From NCBI RefSeq assembly GCF_006345805.1, contig NC_043003.1, positions 63,984,001 through 64,048,000 of the forward strand: a DNA stretch of 64,000 bases, written 5' to 3'. This document shows, in pieces, positions 40,958 to 55,548 of this stretch. This DNA comes from Octopus sinensis. Lineage: Eukaryota. Made by a program: the position numbers and the translations under genes. The notes under the pieces were generated by a model. That model worked only from the letters and a program-made list of their open reading frames with translations. It ran no database searches and was not told where the DNA came from. How positions within the stretch are numbered: position 1 is the first letter of the stretch; each line of letters starts with the position of its first letter.

Positions 40958-42540
40958 ATATTAGAAATGAAGGATATTATTTGCCTGATGGCAAAATTTG
41001 CTTACAACCATCATGTGATAACACACATATACACACACAAACACTGAGTGGGCTTCTATCAGTTTCCATCTTCTAAATCCACTCACAAGGCTTTGGTTAA
41101 CTGTCTATAGTAGAAGACACTCACCCAAGGTGCCATGCAGTGGGACTGAACCTGCAACCATGAGGTTGGGACCTAAGCCATCTTGCCCACACAGCCAATC
41201 CATGTTTATAGAGAAATCTCAGTCAGCCTGAATTACATCAACATTGAAATACTTGATATGTGTGTTTGTGTTTGTGTGTGTGTGTGTGTGTGGTGTGTGT
41301 GTGTGTGCACATCTTTGTGTGTATGTATGCATGCATGTGTGTGTGTATGTTTGCACATCTTTATGTGTGTGTGTATGCATGCATGCATGTGTGTGTACAT
41401 GTTTGTGTGTCTGTGTGTGTGTGTATGCATGCGTGTGTACATGTTTGTGTGTGTGTGTGTGTTGTGTGAGTGTGTGTACGTGTGAATGTGTGTGCATCTT
41501 TATGTATGCATGATTGTGTACATGTTTGTGTGTGTGTGCACGTGCATGTGTTTGTGTGTGTGTACAGAGTGTGACAAGGCTGACCCTTTGAATTACAGGT
41601 TCAACATATTTTTGCCAGCTGAGTGGTTTGGAGCAACATGAAATAAAGTGTCTTGCTCAAGAACACAATGTATCACCAAGAATTGAACTCACTGCCTTAT
41701 GACTGTCAGCTGAATACTCTACCACTAAGCCACACACCTTCACATCTATATATATATATATGACAGGCTTCCACACAGTTTCCATCTACCAAATTAACTC
41801 ACCCGGCATTCATTAGGTCAAGGTTATAGTGAAAGACACTTACCTAAACAGCTACCCATTATTCAACTCTTATAGTGAGCTGAAATATTGAATTCTATTT
41901 TCAGTAGCAATTTCCATAGAAAATTCTATGTAAGGTTGCATATTTATAAAAGACTTACAAACCTATAACTTGTTGCCATCCTTAAAGAATCAATACATTA
42001 AATTAAATTATCCGCAGTCCTATTTTTATTTCCCTTAATTTCCATATGCAAATATACAGGTGTGAGCAGCGCCCCATATATTTATGTAGAGGAATATTTA
42101 GACATGATGCACATATATTAGCACACACATGGTAAAATGGTAAAAGCAGTCTCAGTTATTCTCACAAAGAATGGGAGTAAACATGTATTTATATTTCCTC
42201 AAATACTTTTGAATCAAAATAACAAAAGAATGGTAATATAGATGGCAAAAGTAGAATTACATTTATAAGTTACTATATATATATATATGTGTGTGTGGGT
42301 GACTGTGTGTATGTGTATGTGTGTGCATGCATGCGTGTGTGTGTGTGTGTACATATATATATATATATACACACACACATATATATATACGCACAAACAC
42401 ATACGAATACACATATATTTATATAAGTGGATATACGTATCTATATACACATGCAGATATCTATTTATATATAAGTATATATGTGTATATATATATGTAT
42501 ATATATACTTGTGTGTATATATGTTTATGTATTATGTGTA

Positions 42541-42585
<45 letters not shown>

Positions 42586-42724
42586 TGTGTGTACATTTAT
42601 GTGTATGTCTGTATGTATTATGCACACATATATATATATAAACAATATATCTATGTATATATGTGAGTATGCACATGTGCATGATGCATATGTATATATA
42701 TGTGTGTGTGTGTGTATGTATATA

Positions 42725-42786
<62 letters not shown>

Positions 42787-44484
42787 GTTTCCTTCTTTCT
42801 ATACAATCCACTGACATATCTTATTTTTAGGAGATGCACTTAACTTTTTTGAATATCTTTCTTTTCTTCGCAAAATTCATTTTTGTATCATCCTAACAGA
42901 GTTTTCTCTTATTTCCAAGACTCAGTAAGTAGTTTATTCATTGTTATACCAAATATACAACAAAGAACTAACAATAGCACATTGGCTTACTGTTCTAATT
43001 TAATTTAGCTCCAGTCTAGCTCGATCTTTTCTGAGTTATTGTTTGAGAATTGGCTGATTAAAAAAAAAAAAATGTTAGTAATCATTATAGGCTATGAATT
43101 ATGTATAGTACCAAGTTTGGTACTATCTGTTTAAGAACTGACTGATTAAAAAATTGACTCTGAGAAAAATGACTATGAATATTAGCATGGCTGTGTGATA
43201 AGGAGCTTGCTTACCAACTACATGGTTCCGGGTTCAGTCTCACTGCGTGGCACGTTGGGCAAGTGTCTTCTACTATAGCCTTGGGCCGACCAAAGCCTTG
43301 TGAGTGAATTTGGTAGATGAAAACTGAAAGAAGCCCATCGTATGTATATATATATATATATTTATGTGTGTGTATGTTTGTATGTCTGTGTTTGTCCCCT
43401 AACATCACTTGACAACCGATGCTCGTGTGTTTACATCCTCGTAACTTAGCGGTTCAGCAAAAGAGACCGATAGAATAAGTACTAGGCTTACAAAGAATAA
43501 GCCCTGGGGTCGATTTGCTCAACTAAAGGTGGTGCTCCAGCATGGCCACAGTCAAATGACTGAAATGAGTAAAAGAGTAGTGTATGTACTACCTGGTTTA
43601 GTCTTTGAGTTCACTACCTCCACTCTCCAGGGCCCCTGCCCTCTGTACAGGCTTATACTGCAGACCCAAAAGTGCCATGCCCATAAAAATCTGGGACAGA
43701 TCACATCCTTCACTCCTGGGTCCCCAATTCTAATACAGGCTTTGTCCAAAGGATCGTCGTTATTTATACAAGAAATAATGAAGCATTAATCTGATGTCAT
43801 ATTTGAAAATTTTTTGTTAAATGAAAGCTTTGTGGCTGTGTGGTAAGTAGCTTGCTTACCAACCACATGGTTCCGGGTTCAGTCCCACTGCATGGCATGT
43901 TGGGCAAGTGTCTTCTACTATAGCCTCGGGCCAACCAAAGCATTGTGAGTGGATTTGGTAGATGGAAACTGAAAGAAACCCATCGTATATATGTATATAT
44001 CTATCTATCTATCTATCTATATATATTTATATATATATATATGTGTGTGTGTGTATATATGTATGTGTGTGTATATGTTTGTGTGTCTGTGTTAATTCCC
44101 CCAACATTGCTTGACAACTGATGCTGGTGTGTTTACGTTCCCGTAACTTAGCGGTTCGGCAAAAGAGACCGATAGAATAAGTACTAGGCTTACAAAGGAT
44201 AAGTCCTGGGGTTGATTTGCTCGACTAAAGGCGGTGCTCCAGCATGACCATAGTCAAATGACTGAAACAAATAAAAGAGTATTATATAATGTTGATATCT
44301 TTGTTTTGCCATATACAGTATATAAAAAAAAAAAAACTCTTCTATCTATGGTAATGTTAATTTTGGCAAATTAAATATCTTAAAATTTTCATAAACTTTG
44401 TGTGATTTTCTAAGACAGTCTTTCTTATATTAAGTTTATGTTTTGCAAAATTCCTGATGAGAAATCATGTGTTGAAACAGATAT

Positions 44485-44890
44485 TGTTGTATTTTGGGAT
44501 GGTCAGTTTTCTGTCAGATAAAATCATGCACTTTATACTTGTTCTTCACTTCAGCTTTATTATTATTCATTTTTTATTGACCATTCTCTGAAATCTTTTG
44601 TCACACTTCCTGTGACCTCTTCAGTAACACTCTATCCCACGTGTCTCCTCTTCTCTTTAGTCCATTTTCTGAGAATGGACTAAACAGGACAGGACACATG
44701 AGAGTCACTGATAAGGTCACAGGATGTATGACAAAAATTTCAGACAAAGGACACTAAAATAAGAATAATATTAACAAAACTGGTGAGGAACTAGTGTAGA
44801 GCATGTGTGTTCATTTGGCAGAAATAAATAGATAAATAAATAAATAAATAAATAAATAAATAGAAAAATTGCCATCCAGGAATATAAAAC
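44485..44890. repeat. Degenerate foldback of a Penelope-associated repeat (~200-bp arms)
   Basis: ctgaaatcttttgtcacacttcctgtgacctcttcagt pairs with actgataaggtcacaggatgtatgacaaaaatttcag. The centre is ttagtccattttctgagaatggactaa. The same family occurs at about 47770-48380. Confidence 0.75.
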
Positions 44891-45158
44891 ACTTTCTTTT
44901 ATTATTGTTAAATAAGTTTTTTTCTTATATTATGGCGATAGTGAAATAATCTTTGTGATATTATCAGTGTTGAATAGGTCTTTCGAAACTCCTCACAAAG
45001 GAATGTGTTCATTTGCGTGCGCGCGTGTGTAAGTATATCTATGTCTATACCTATCTATCTATCTATCAATCTATCTATTTCCCTGTATTTATATGTGTCT
45101 GTGTGTACGCGCATATATACATATATGTGCATACATATGTTTGTATGTTTATGTATGT

Positions 45159-45203
<45 letters not shown>

Positions 45204-46189
45204 TAATGTTAATCTCCATTTTGTCACGAACAGTTTAAATTTATGGAGAAATTCTTCTGCATATTGTAGTGTTAAAAATTTGATAAGATAGAAATTTTTA
45301 AAACTTTCTATGAAATTTGTGTGATTTTTCTGCTACGACAAAGCTTGGTTTTTCTGTAACATTATGACTATATTGACATACCATATTATCTCATGAATAA
45401 GCTGCATTATTTTCTATTCAGCTCTGAATGAAAAGAACTGGTGTGCAACTTATAAAATGGGTAAAACTAAAATCTATGAAAGGAAAAAAAAAATCTGTAC
45501 CAAAATTTAAGACTAAATTAGGAGTCTGACTTACTCATAAGAAAATAGGATAATCTTTGTGAGTTAATCTTTCTAAAGCCATTGCAATGGAACTTGGTAT
45601 TTATTTTTCTTTGGAAAGTTGTTTGTTGTACCAAATAAATATACATTCAAATAAATAATTTTCTTATTTTAAAATACTCATACTGCAAACCTGTTCTGAA
45701 ATTTGAGAAAAAAGTAAATTTTGCTGAGATATGTTATTAAAAACCATTTTTTATGTTGTCAGAAATCTTTCATTCTTGTGACATTGTCTTGTCAAAAGGT
45801 GTTGGAAAATAAAATATACTTCTATAACTTCAATGTAAGTTTCTAGGGGTTATTATTATTATTGTTATTATTATCTTTTCTTTTTTTGGCTTTTTAAAGC
45901 TTTTATATTATTCTTAATATAACAAATATGAAAACTAAAAGGTTTCTTTTTTTCTTTTGATTTTGTCAGCAGTTTTGCTGATTAATGGAGCTAAGAAGAA
46001 AAATTTGTTTTCATAAAGATTCCCTTCAACTATAAAGTACAATTTTTTTATCAATAAGACACAAACAAATCTTGACTTCTACTGAGAAATGTCTAGATTC
46101 TTAATTTAATCACAAGACATAGAGCAATGTAAAACATTGACATTTCACACAGAGATAAAGGACGAAATTACAGAGATTTATATACATAC

Positions 46190-46247
<58 letters not shown>

Positions 46248-47284
46248 TATTATGTATATATATATATATATATATATCTATATATATATATATATAGATA
46301 TATATGTGTGTGTGTGTGTGTGTATAGAGATATGTATATACATATGTATATATATATGTAGTATATACATAAGTATATATATATATATATATATATGTAC
46401 ATATAAACATATGTATATATATATGTATTGATTAAGTCTTTCATTGTTTGTTTTGCAAAATAGTGGTTTTGTCTCGAATAATATTTTATATATATATATA
46501 TAATATATATATATATGATATATATGTATTTGTATACATATGAGTATATATATGTATATATAAATACATATATGTATATACATGTTTATATATATGTGTG
46601 TACATATATATACATATATGTATATATAAATATATATATAATTATATATATGTATATGTACATGTATATGTATATGGATGTGTGTGTGTGTGTAAAACAA
46701 AATGAACACAATGTATTCTTCTTTGAAGAAACCATGAAGTCCAAAACAAAAGATGATAATACAAACAAAAGTGCATTACAGTGAAGATAAGTACAAAAAA
46801 AAAATATTTCCACTGTCTCAGAAATATTTTTCCTAACAAATATATATTCTATAAAATATGTTAACTTAAAGACTATTTCTTATTTGAGTCAGCAGATTTT
46901 CTTGAGTTCCAAATTCATAGTAAAGTGGTGGCACTGATATATTTAATGTAATAAACTGATGGAAAAACATTTGATATCTTAATGACCAATTCTGGACAAG
47001 AAAGCTAGGGGAGACAACCTTGGAATTTAAATTAATAAATTAGAATGAGTTTGATCTTTTGGTAGTGGCAGTACAATGATAACTCCAGACATATCACGGT
47101 CTCATTAGACTTTATTAGGAAGCATTGGTTAACCATTATTGCCAGATCTCAGAATGATATCATATATATATAGATAGATAGACTCAGATGAATATGGTAC
47201 TTAAGTTGAGGCACCAGAATTTAGTATGGCATTATCCATGCAGGTGATTAAAATCAAAATAAACAACAAGGATATCCAGAGGTA

Positions 47285-47373
47285 ATGCAGTACAATCGTT
47301 TCATGCAACACCATTTAATTGAACAATGCAATCATTACATCAATTCAAAATGTAGAGCAATCGTCAGCTGCAT
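47285..47373 (-). ncRNA. Type I hammerhead ribozyme candidate with intact core and long helix II
   Basis: Minus strand: augcag-CUGACGA-uugc..(extended imperfect stem)..gcau-GAAA-c(gauu)g-UA-cugcau. Helix I is a perfect 6 bp. Confidence 0.75.
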
Positions 47374-47935
47374 AAAGACTTAGAATTTAATTAAATTAGA
47401 ACAGATGGACACATTAGTATAATTATACCTAAAATCTCCAAGAAGGTAAGGAGATAGACAAAGAACATGTCTCTACTTCAGTATCGAAGTTACTAAAATT
47501 ATCAAGAAGACTCTGCCTGCTACTGATTTTTTTTTTTTTGTCTTTATGAGTTCAGTTTTAATTTATAGACTAGTTTATCAAATCCTTTGTATATCTATAT
47601 ACAATAGCAATCCATGTACAGGGGTGGGGATAGGATGGATAAATTTATCCATCTGCAGTGGGATTGAAATCAGAACCATGTGGTTGGTAAGCAAGCTACT
47701 TACCACACAGCCACTCCTTCACCTATGTATTTATATTTTTTTTCTTCACTGATTTGTTAATGGCTTAATTTGTTTTATGTCCATTGTCCAGAAATCTTTT
47801 GTCACACATCTGTGTGTTCTTGCTACACTTACTCCATTCTGTTCTTCAACATAAAACAAATCAGACCAATAATAAACAAGCAAAGAAAAAATATAGAGAG
47901 AGCATGTGTTTATTTGGCAAATAAATAAATAAATA

Positions 47936-48300
47936 AACAAGAGCACCTAGAGAGTACAAACCTCTGCCAAAGCAACACCAACGTCCTCTCAACGATTAGC
48001 TAAAGATGATTATTAAAATGAGAATATCTGAAATAAACTCAACTGCCCTCACAAATGAGAATACTAAAAATGAACCCGACCACTCTCAAAAATTAAGTGA
48101 AAAAACAGGAAAAATAATCCAGAATCCTTGTCTGGTACTGAATCAATCCCAAAATCTAATCAGTTTGTGCCAGTCACGAGGTCAAACATTCCTGAAAGTT
48201 TCATGTGAATCCATTCAGCGGTTCTTGAAGTATCTAGTCCATGGACAAACAAACAAACACAACTGTAAACAATACTTCCACCTTAGCGAAGGCTGAGGTA
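47936..48300. mobile_element. Helentron-associated (HINE/DINE-1-like) non-autonomous element
   Basis: Starts aacaagagcac with subterminal acctctgccaaag, has (caaa)n near the end, and a terminal hairpin acttccaccttagcgaaggctgaggt. Inserted in an (aaat)n tract. Confidence 0.65.
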
Positions 48301-49226
48301 ATAAATAAAATGACCGTCCTGAAGTCCAACAATATCTGTTCTAGCACATGATTTCACATCAGGAATATTGCAAAACCAATTGATAAGCTTAAGATTTTAG
48401 CATTCTCTTAATTGATAGTTCATGAAAACAGATTTTACTAACAAAAAGTAACTGTTCATCTAAACATTTCGGTGAGGAAAACCTTGATGTAAACACAGTG
48501 AAATCTAAATTGTAGTTATTCTAGAGCAAATTAGCAAATTCCATTATGGGGTTGTCTATCACTTGTGGCAGACTTAATTAATGGAATGCTTGAAATTCAA
48601 TTTCAATTACCTTTTGTCAAACAGCAGTCAAACAGAAACCAATACCAACCCCTCTAGATACACTCGAACAGCTGTTTTTCGTCCTTTCCTCACATAGCTT
48701 TTTCCCTTTCTCCAATTTACAGCTCCTTCTTCTTCCAATAAAGTCCCTCTTCTTACATCTCTCTTCCCCTCCATATATCCATCCATACCTTCGTGGTATT
48801 TTCCCCAAGAGAAGAACAACTAATTAAGTGCGCTGTAACAAGCCGAGAGTTTCTTAAATAATTCCCAAATTTGCTTAGAAGTGAGCAAAAATGTCTGAAA
48901 TGTTATGACTTACTTCATTATCTGTTGTCAATTTTCTCTTCTTTTTATGTTAGTTCAGGTGGACACCTTTTAGAAGCATCTATGTTAGTGGAGATATTTT
49001 AGTATGAAAACAGTAATCAGCTATACTTGCAGACTTTTTATTCATTGTTTTTTTTTTTTTGTTCTGCTCCTTGGAATTCTTCAGCAAAATGTTAATAAAT
49101 GAGTAGGGAAAATGAATGATTATTTTGTCCAAAGTTGTTTACTTCAATTTCTCGTCTTAAAACAAATTAACTCATGATGAATCACAAGTGATTCTGCTCC
49201 AAATAATATATATTTTCCTGCCTAAC

Positions 49227-49281
49227 CATTCGAGTATTTGTCCTTCATTTCGTATTCGCTTCGACACATCACCAGAACTTG
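49227..49281 (-). CDS. Host gene internal exon: QVLVMCRSEYEMKDKYSN(V)
   Basis: Acceptor ttttctgcttcag, donor ATG|gttagg; 55 nt, phase 0 to 1. It keeps four CpGs in an otherwise CpG-poor neighbourhood. Confidence 0.6.
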
Positions 49282-49865
49282 CTGAAGCAGAAAATTACTT
49301 TTATGTTAAATTAAAAATACAAGTAGGCATAATCAAAAAGAAGATGCTTGAAAAATCGCTATTGAAATTTTATATTTTTAGAAAGATTTTAAACAAAATA
49401 TGAAAAGAAATTCTTTTTCAGAAATTTACAAAAATATCTTTAAAAAAAAAAAAACCCAGAAAAAACTAAAAAAAGACTTCAGTAAAATTCCTTTAAATTC
49501 TTTTCATAAATTTTGTTCTTTAATATTCTTTTGCTATAATGAAGAGAAAATATGTTAATAAAATGATGTTATTACTCTGTACGCACAAGCACATGCACTT
49601 GCAGTTATGAATATACAGCAGTCTGATATTGTTTTCTTCAATAAGCATCTTGTTGATATCATTTCTTTTGTGGATATCCCACCAGTTGCCATTGTTGTAT
49701 AACTATAGTCATACCTAATACCACTGTAGACTTGTTTTATCTTTTTAATATTGTAATTAATAAAGAATATACTATTGGCAACAAGTTTCTCATGAGCCAG
49801 TCACATGCTGCACGAATAATGTGTATATGCATATGTGTGTATATGTATGTATCTACATGTATATG

Positions 49866-49925
<60 letters not shown>

Positions 49926-50387
49926 ATATATGTGTTTGTGTGTGTACATCTATATGCATATATATAAATAATTATTGGATGTACGTGTATATTTATATGT
50001 ATATGTGTGCATATATAAATGTGTGTGTGTGTGTGTGTGTGTAAGCTGTCTAAAAGTCCATAAGTCAAAAAAGAATGTACTCGTGTATCTGTCAGAAGAA
50101 TGGGTATATTAACTAAAGTGTACAGTATTATATATCCATTACAGCTGATTTTACCAATCTGTTTCGCACAGGAGTTCAACGGAGTATTAAGTAACAGACT
50201 GATTATGCAACCTTGCACTCTTCATAGGTAGCCATTGGCAAATGAAATATAGCAACTGCTCTCTATTGTTGGAGGTGAACAGACACATTTGGTTTATGGT
50301 TGCTGTGAAAATGACAATGAAACGAACTGAGCAGGGGTTAAGTTAATTTCTCACCACCCCACAAGACGAGCCTCTACACGTGTTATA

Positions 50388-50622
50388 CCTATTTCTTTAC
50401 TATCCACAAGGGGCTAAACACAGAGAGGATAAACAAGGACAGACAAACGGATTAAGTCGATTACATCGATCCCAGTGCGTAACTGGTACTTAATTTATCG
50501 ACCCCGAAAGGATGAAAGGCAAAGTCGACCTCGGCGGAATTTGAACTCAAAACATAACGGCAGACGAAATACGGCTACGCATTTCACCCGGCGTGCTAAT
50601 GTTTCTGCCAAGCTCGCCGCCT
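50388..50622 (-). mobile_element. SINE family A (young copy)
   Basis: Near-consensus reverse-complement copy. Confidence 0.85.
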
Positions 50623-51022
50623 TACGCGTGTTGTACTCCAAAATACACCGCATGCATACATAAATGCGGTAAGTATTTAACCAAAACATAAAAGAAAGAA
50701 ATCACACTAACATTAGACTGTGGCCATCCTGGGGCACCAGCTTGAAAAATTTATGGTTGAATGAATTGACCACAGTACATTTTTTTTTTATATTTCATAC
50801 TTATTTCTGTTTGTCTCTTTTGCTAACTTGCTAGATAATAGGGATGTAAACAGCAACATTGACTGCTAAATGGCAGTGGGCGTGGAGGGACAAACAAACA
50901 CAAACACATACATGTGTCAGGCTTCTTTCAGTTTCTGTCTACCAAATCCACTCACAAGGCCAAGAAGGTATGCAGTGAGACTACATTCAGATCCATGTTG
51001 ATTGGGAAAAAAGCTCCTTACC

Positions 51023-51065
<43 letters not shown>

Positions 51066-51085
51066 TATGTAGGTAGGTAGGTAGG

Positions 51086-51139
<54 letters not shown>

Positions 51140-51268
51140 CACACAGCAAATATTTAACATAGTAGTTCCAATAAATGATATGATAATGTTATGTCACATG
51201 TTACATATGCATACATAACATATATACATAGATACAAACCCTTATATGTATGTGCATTTGTGTTTGTG

Positions 51269-51331
<63 letters not shown>

Positions 51332-51425
51332 TGAAATATATATAAATATGTATTTATATATATATATTTATGTGTCTCTATGTGTGTGTACATATTTATG
51401 TATGTATATATATATATATATATAT

Positions 51426-51456
<31 letters not shown>

Positions 51457-51612
51457 AGGTATGTATACAAGTATGTATATATACATAACATGCACATACA
51501 CAAATACAAGCTCAAACATATATAGAAAATAGGTTTGTGTCTGTTTATTTATATGCGTGTGTTTATGTATAAATATGCATATACATATATGCATGTATCT
51601 GTGCATGCATAT

Positions 51613-51650
<38 letters not shown>

Positions 51651-52469
51651 ATTATATATACATATAAACACACAATTATGTGTATGTATATATCATCATG
51701 ATGATGATGATGATGATATATACATACACATAATTGTGTGTTTATATGTGTGAGTTTATATGCATGGAAGTATGCGTACACATATTTCTACATCTTTTTT
51801 ACTATATTTTACTTCGTTAATGAGGTACATGTTATTAATATGACAGCTGAATATAGAGTTACCAGTTTTAATTATGGCTTGGCATTCAGTAAGGGCAAAA
51901 AATAAATTAGTTTCCTTGATTTAAAATTATACATTTTTTTGAAATATTTCCCATTACAAAGTTATCAGTAATGTATATTATCTCATAAAATAAGACAGAA
52001 AAGTTCGGCTACGTTGGAAATTCTTTCAAATTTTCTACATTATAGAACAATAATTTCGGCTGACCTTTTAATCTAATGTAATAATTTTCATTTAAGATTG
52101 TACGTATATGTATGTATATCTGTATGTATATGTGGGTGTGTATATGTTTGTGTGCGTGTGTATATCTACGTATATGTGTGTATGTATATATGAACGTATG
52201 TATGTATATTTATATATGTATGCATATGTGTGTGTATGTATGCATGTATGTATGTATGTGTATATGTATGTGTACATGCATGTACTTATGTATATATATG
52301 TATAAGCGTATGTATACATGTAAATAGGTATGTATCTGTGTTGGCATGTGTGTGTATGTATATATGCATGTACAAAAGTACTCATGTATTTGTATTTATG
52401 TATGTATGTATGTATATATGTAGTTACCTATGAATATGTACAATTGTGTGTATATATATATATTAATGT

Positions 52470-53170
52470 AAACACCATCCGATCGTGGCCGTTCGCCAGC
52501 CTCATCTAGCACCTGTGTCGGTGGCACATAAAAACACCATCCGAAGACCCGGCAAGACTAGTCAGGCCATAACCCATGGCCCCTACCTAGGACGTAGTCA
52601 GTCCACCTGTGCATACCTTCCTTCTTGTGACACTTGTGAAGACCTGTTGAGGCAAGTGAAAATCAAATCAAAACAAATCAAAATAGATGAACATCAATGG
52701 AATTTGTATCTTTGTGGTACCAGTGCTGGTGGCACGTGGCACACAAGAAAACCATCCGAACGTGGCCGTAGCCAGTACCGCATCGACTGGCCTCCGTGCT
52801 GTGGGCACGTAACAAGCACCATCCGGTCGTGGCCGTTTGCCAGCCTCATCTGGCACCTGTGTCGGTGGCACATAAAAACACCATCCGAGCGTGGTCTGCC
52901 AGCCTCGTCTGGCACCTGTGTCGGTGGCACATAAAAACACCATCCGAGCGTGGCCGTTTGCCAGCCTCGTCTGGCACCTGTGTCGGTGGCACATAAAATC
53001 ACCCACTACACTCTCGGAGTGGTTGGCGTTAGGAAGGGCATCCAGCTGTAGAAACACTGCCAGATCTGACTGGACTGGTGCAGCTTTCGGGCTCCCCAGA
53101 CCCCAGTTGAACCGTCCAACCCATGCTAGCATGGAAAGCGGACGTTAAATGATGATGATGATGATGATGA
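52470..53170 (+). mobile_element. RTE-tail SINE/LINE composite with internal ~61-bp tandem repeats
   Basis: The unit aaacaccatccgagcgtggccgtttgccagcctcgtctggcacctgtgtcggtggcacataa is repeated about 5 times. The tail is ggcgttaggaagggcatccagc..ggacgttaaa(tga)n. A related minus-strand copy lies at 59830-60260. Confidence 0.75.
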
Positions 53171-53182
53171 TGTATGTATGTG

Positions 53183-53228
<46 letters not shown>

Positions 53229-54323
53229 TTCATACATATTCATAAATGCCAATATATATACATATACACAAACATATATGCCTACATATACATTCATATA
53301 TATATATATACATATATATATACATATGTATATATACATTTATATACATATATATACGCACACATAAATGCATACATATACATTCATATATATATTATAT
53401 ATGTATACACACACACACACGTATCTATATATGTATGTCTTTCTTTTTAAATGTAAAATGAAAATAACGAATAAAATTCTAGATGTAATTTAGTTTGATT
53501 CATTATCTATGACCTTAAATGCAAAACCAATAAATAGATTTTACAATATTTTGTCTTTGCTATTTTAAAATTTTGATCCTTCATACTCCCATATCAATAT
53601 TGGACAAATACAAACAGTCAACTGCATGATATACAAGCACACACACACACACATATGTAGAAGAGGTTGCTTTTATTTTCTCTCTACGAAATCCACTCAC
53701 GAGGTTTTTCTTTGTCCAGAGGCTATAGTAGTAAACACTTGCCCAAGGAACCAAAGAGCAGGACTGAACCTGAAGCCATATGGTTGGGAAGCAACTTCTT
53801 CCCACACAGCCAAGCCTGCACCTATAATGATATCCATCCGTCCGTCCGTCCGTCCGTCCGTCTGTCCATCCATCCATCCATCCATCCATCTATCTATCTA
53901 TCTATCTATCCATATGTGTATATATATATTCATATATACATATAGAAGCACAGGAGTAGCTGTATGGTAAGTAGCTTGCTTACCAACCACATGGTTCTGG
54001 GTTCAGTCTCAATGCATGGCACCTTGGGAAAGTGTCTTCTACTATAGCCTCAAGGTGACCAAAGCCTTATGAGTGGATTTGTTAGATGGAAACTGAAAGA
54101 AGCCCGTTGTATATATATATATATATATATAGGCAGAATTCACAAAAAAAAGCAAAAGACGAAGGCAAGTGGTGTAGACAACAAACAGATGTATTTGTTT
54201 AACGCTTGGGAAGTGAAAAAGTCTTTAACATTTTGAGCCTATGCTCTTCCACACAAAGGAACACAGAAAGAAACAAGGAGAGAAAATAAAGAATGTGTAG
54301 TGGCTAGCGATATATCATGGTGA

Positions 54324-54371
<48 letters not shown>

Positions 54372-55501
54372 ATTTGTGTGTTTGTGTTTGTCCCCACCTC
54401 CAACATCACTTGACAACTGATGCTGGTGTGCTTATGTCACCATAACTTAGCAGATCGGCAAAAGAGACTAATAGAATAAGTGCTAGGCTTACAAAAAATA
54501 TGTGGTGGGGTGAATTTGTTCAAAAAAGTCAGTGCTCCAGCATGGCTGCAATCAAATGACTGAAACAAGTTAAATATATATATACATATATATATAAACA
54601 CACACGTGCATATATATATATATATACACACACACACGCACATATATATGTGTGTGTGTTTTACAAATGTCACATACTGAATGTATGTGTTTTGCTTATA
54701 AGCTGTGGGATTACATCAAAGGGAAGGGTGATAGGGACTTTGAAGTTTTGGCCTGATGGCCTTCATTAGAGTTGGATATATCATCATCATCAGCAGCAGC
54801 AGCATCATCATCATCAACACTTAATGTCCCTGTTTAAATGGTGACATGGCTTTGATGGTTTAACGAGGTCTAGCAGGTTTGAAAGCTGTCGGATTGACCA
54901 ATCCAAGCCGGCATGGAACATGGACGTTAAATGATGACGATGATTATGACGATGATCATGATGATCATCACCACAAACATTTAGGGGAGGAAGAAGATAT
55001 ATATATATATGAGTCTATGACATTTACTCCCCATGGACAGTAACCCCCCCCCCCACACCACACACACAAAAGGACAATTACCTCTGAGGACAACAGATGA
55101 TGATTTAAAACTTAATATATTCGAGAGGTGGTAATTAACCAAGGGTGGTAATTATCCGAGGGAGGAGGTAATTAACCAAGTGGGGTGGGTATTGCCCAAA
55201 GTGGGTAACCCTCCTGATACATCTACATATATACTGTATCTGTGTTATGCTTATTGTTGTAAATTGGTGTTGCGCATTCTGTCTTTACAGTAAAACAATA
55301 ACTTAGAAATTCAATAAATGGAGATCAATAAAATAAATACCAGGAGGAAATAAGTGTTAGTGGGTGATAGGATCATTCAGAGACATTGCTCTCATATATA
55401 CTTATATACATGTATATAAGCATATATGTATGCATATATACATACACATATGCACTCATATAGATATACGTACATAAGATTAGAAGTATATTATATATAT
55501 G

Positions 55502-55548
<47 letters not shown>

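Noticed and set aside
52470-53000. ~61-bp repeats as a CRISPR-like array
   Set aside because: Head-to-tail tandem units without unique spacers, inside a SINE-like element; eukaryotic context and no cas genes.
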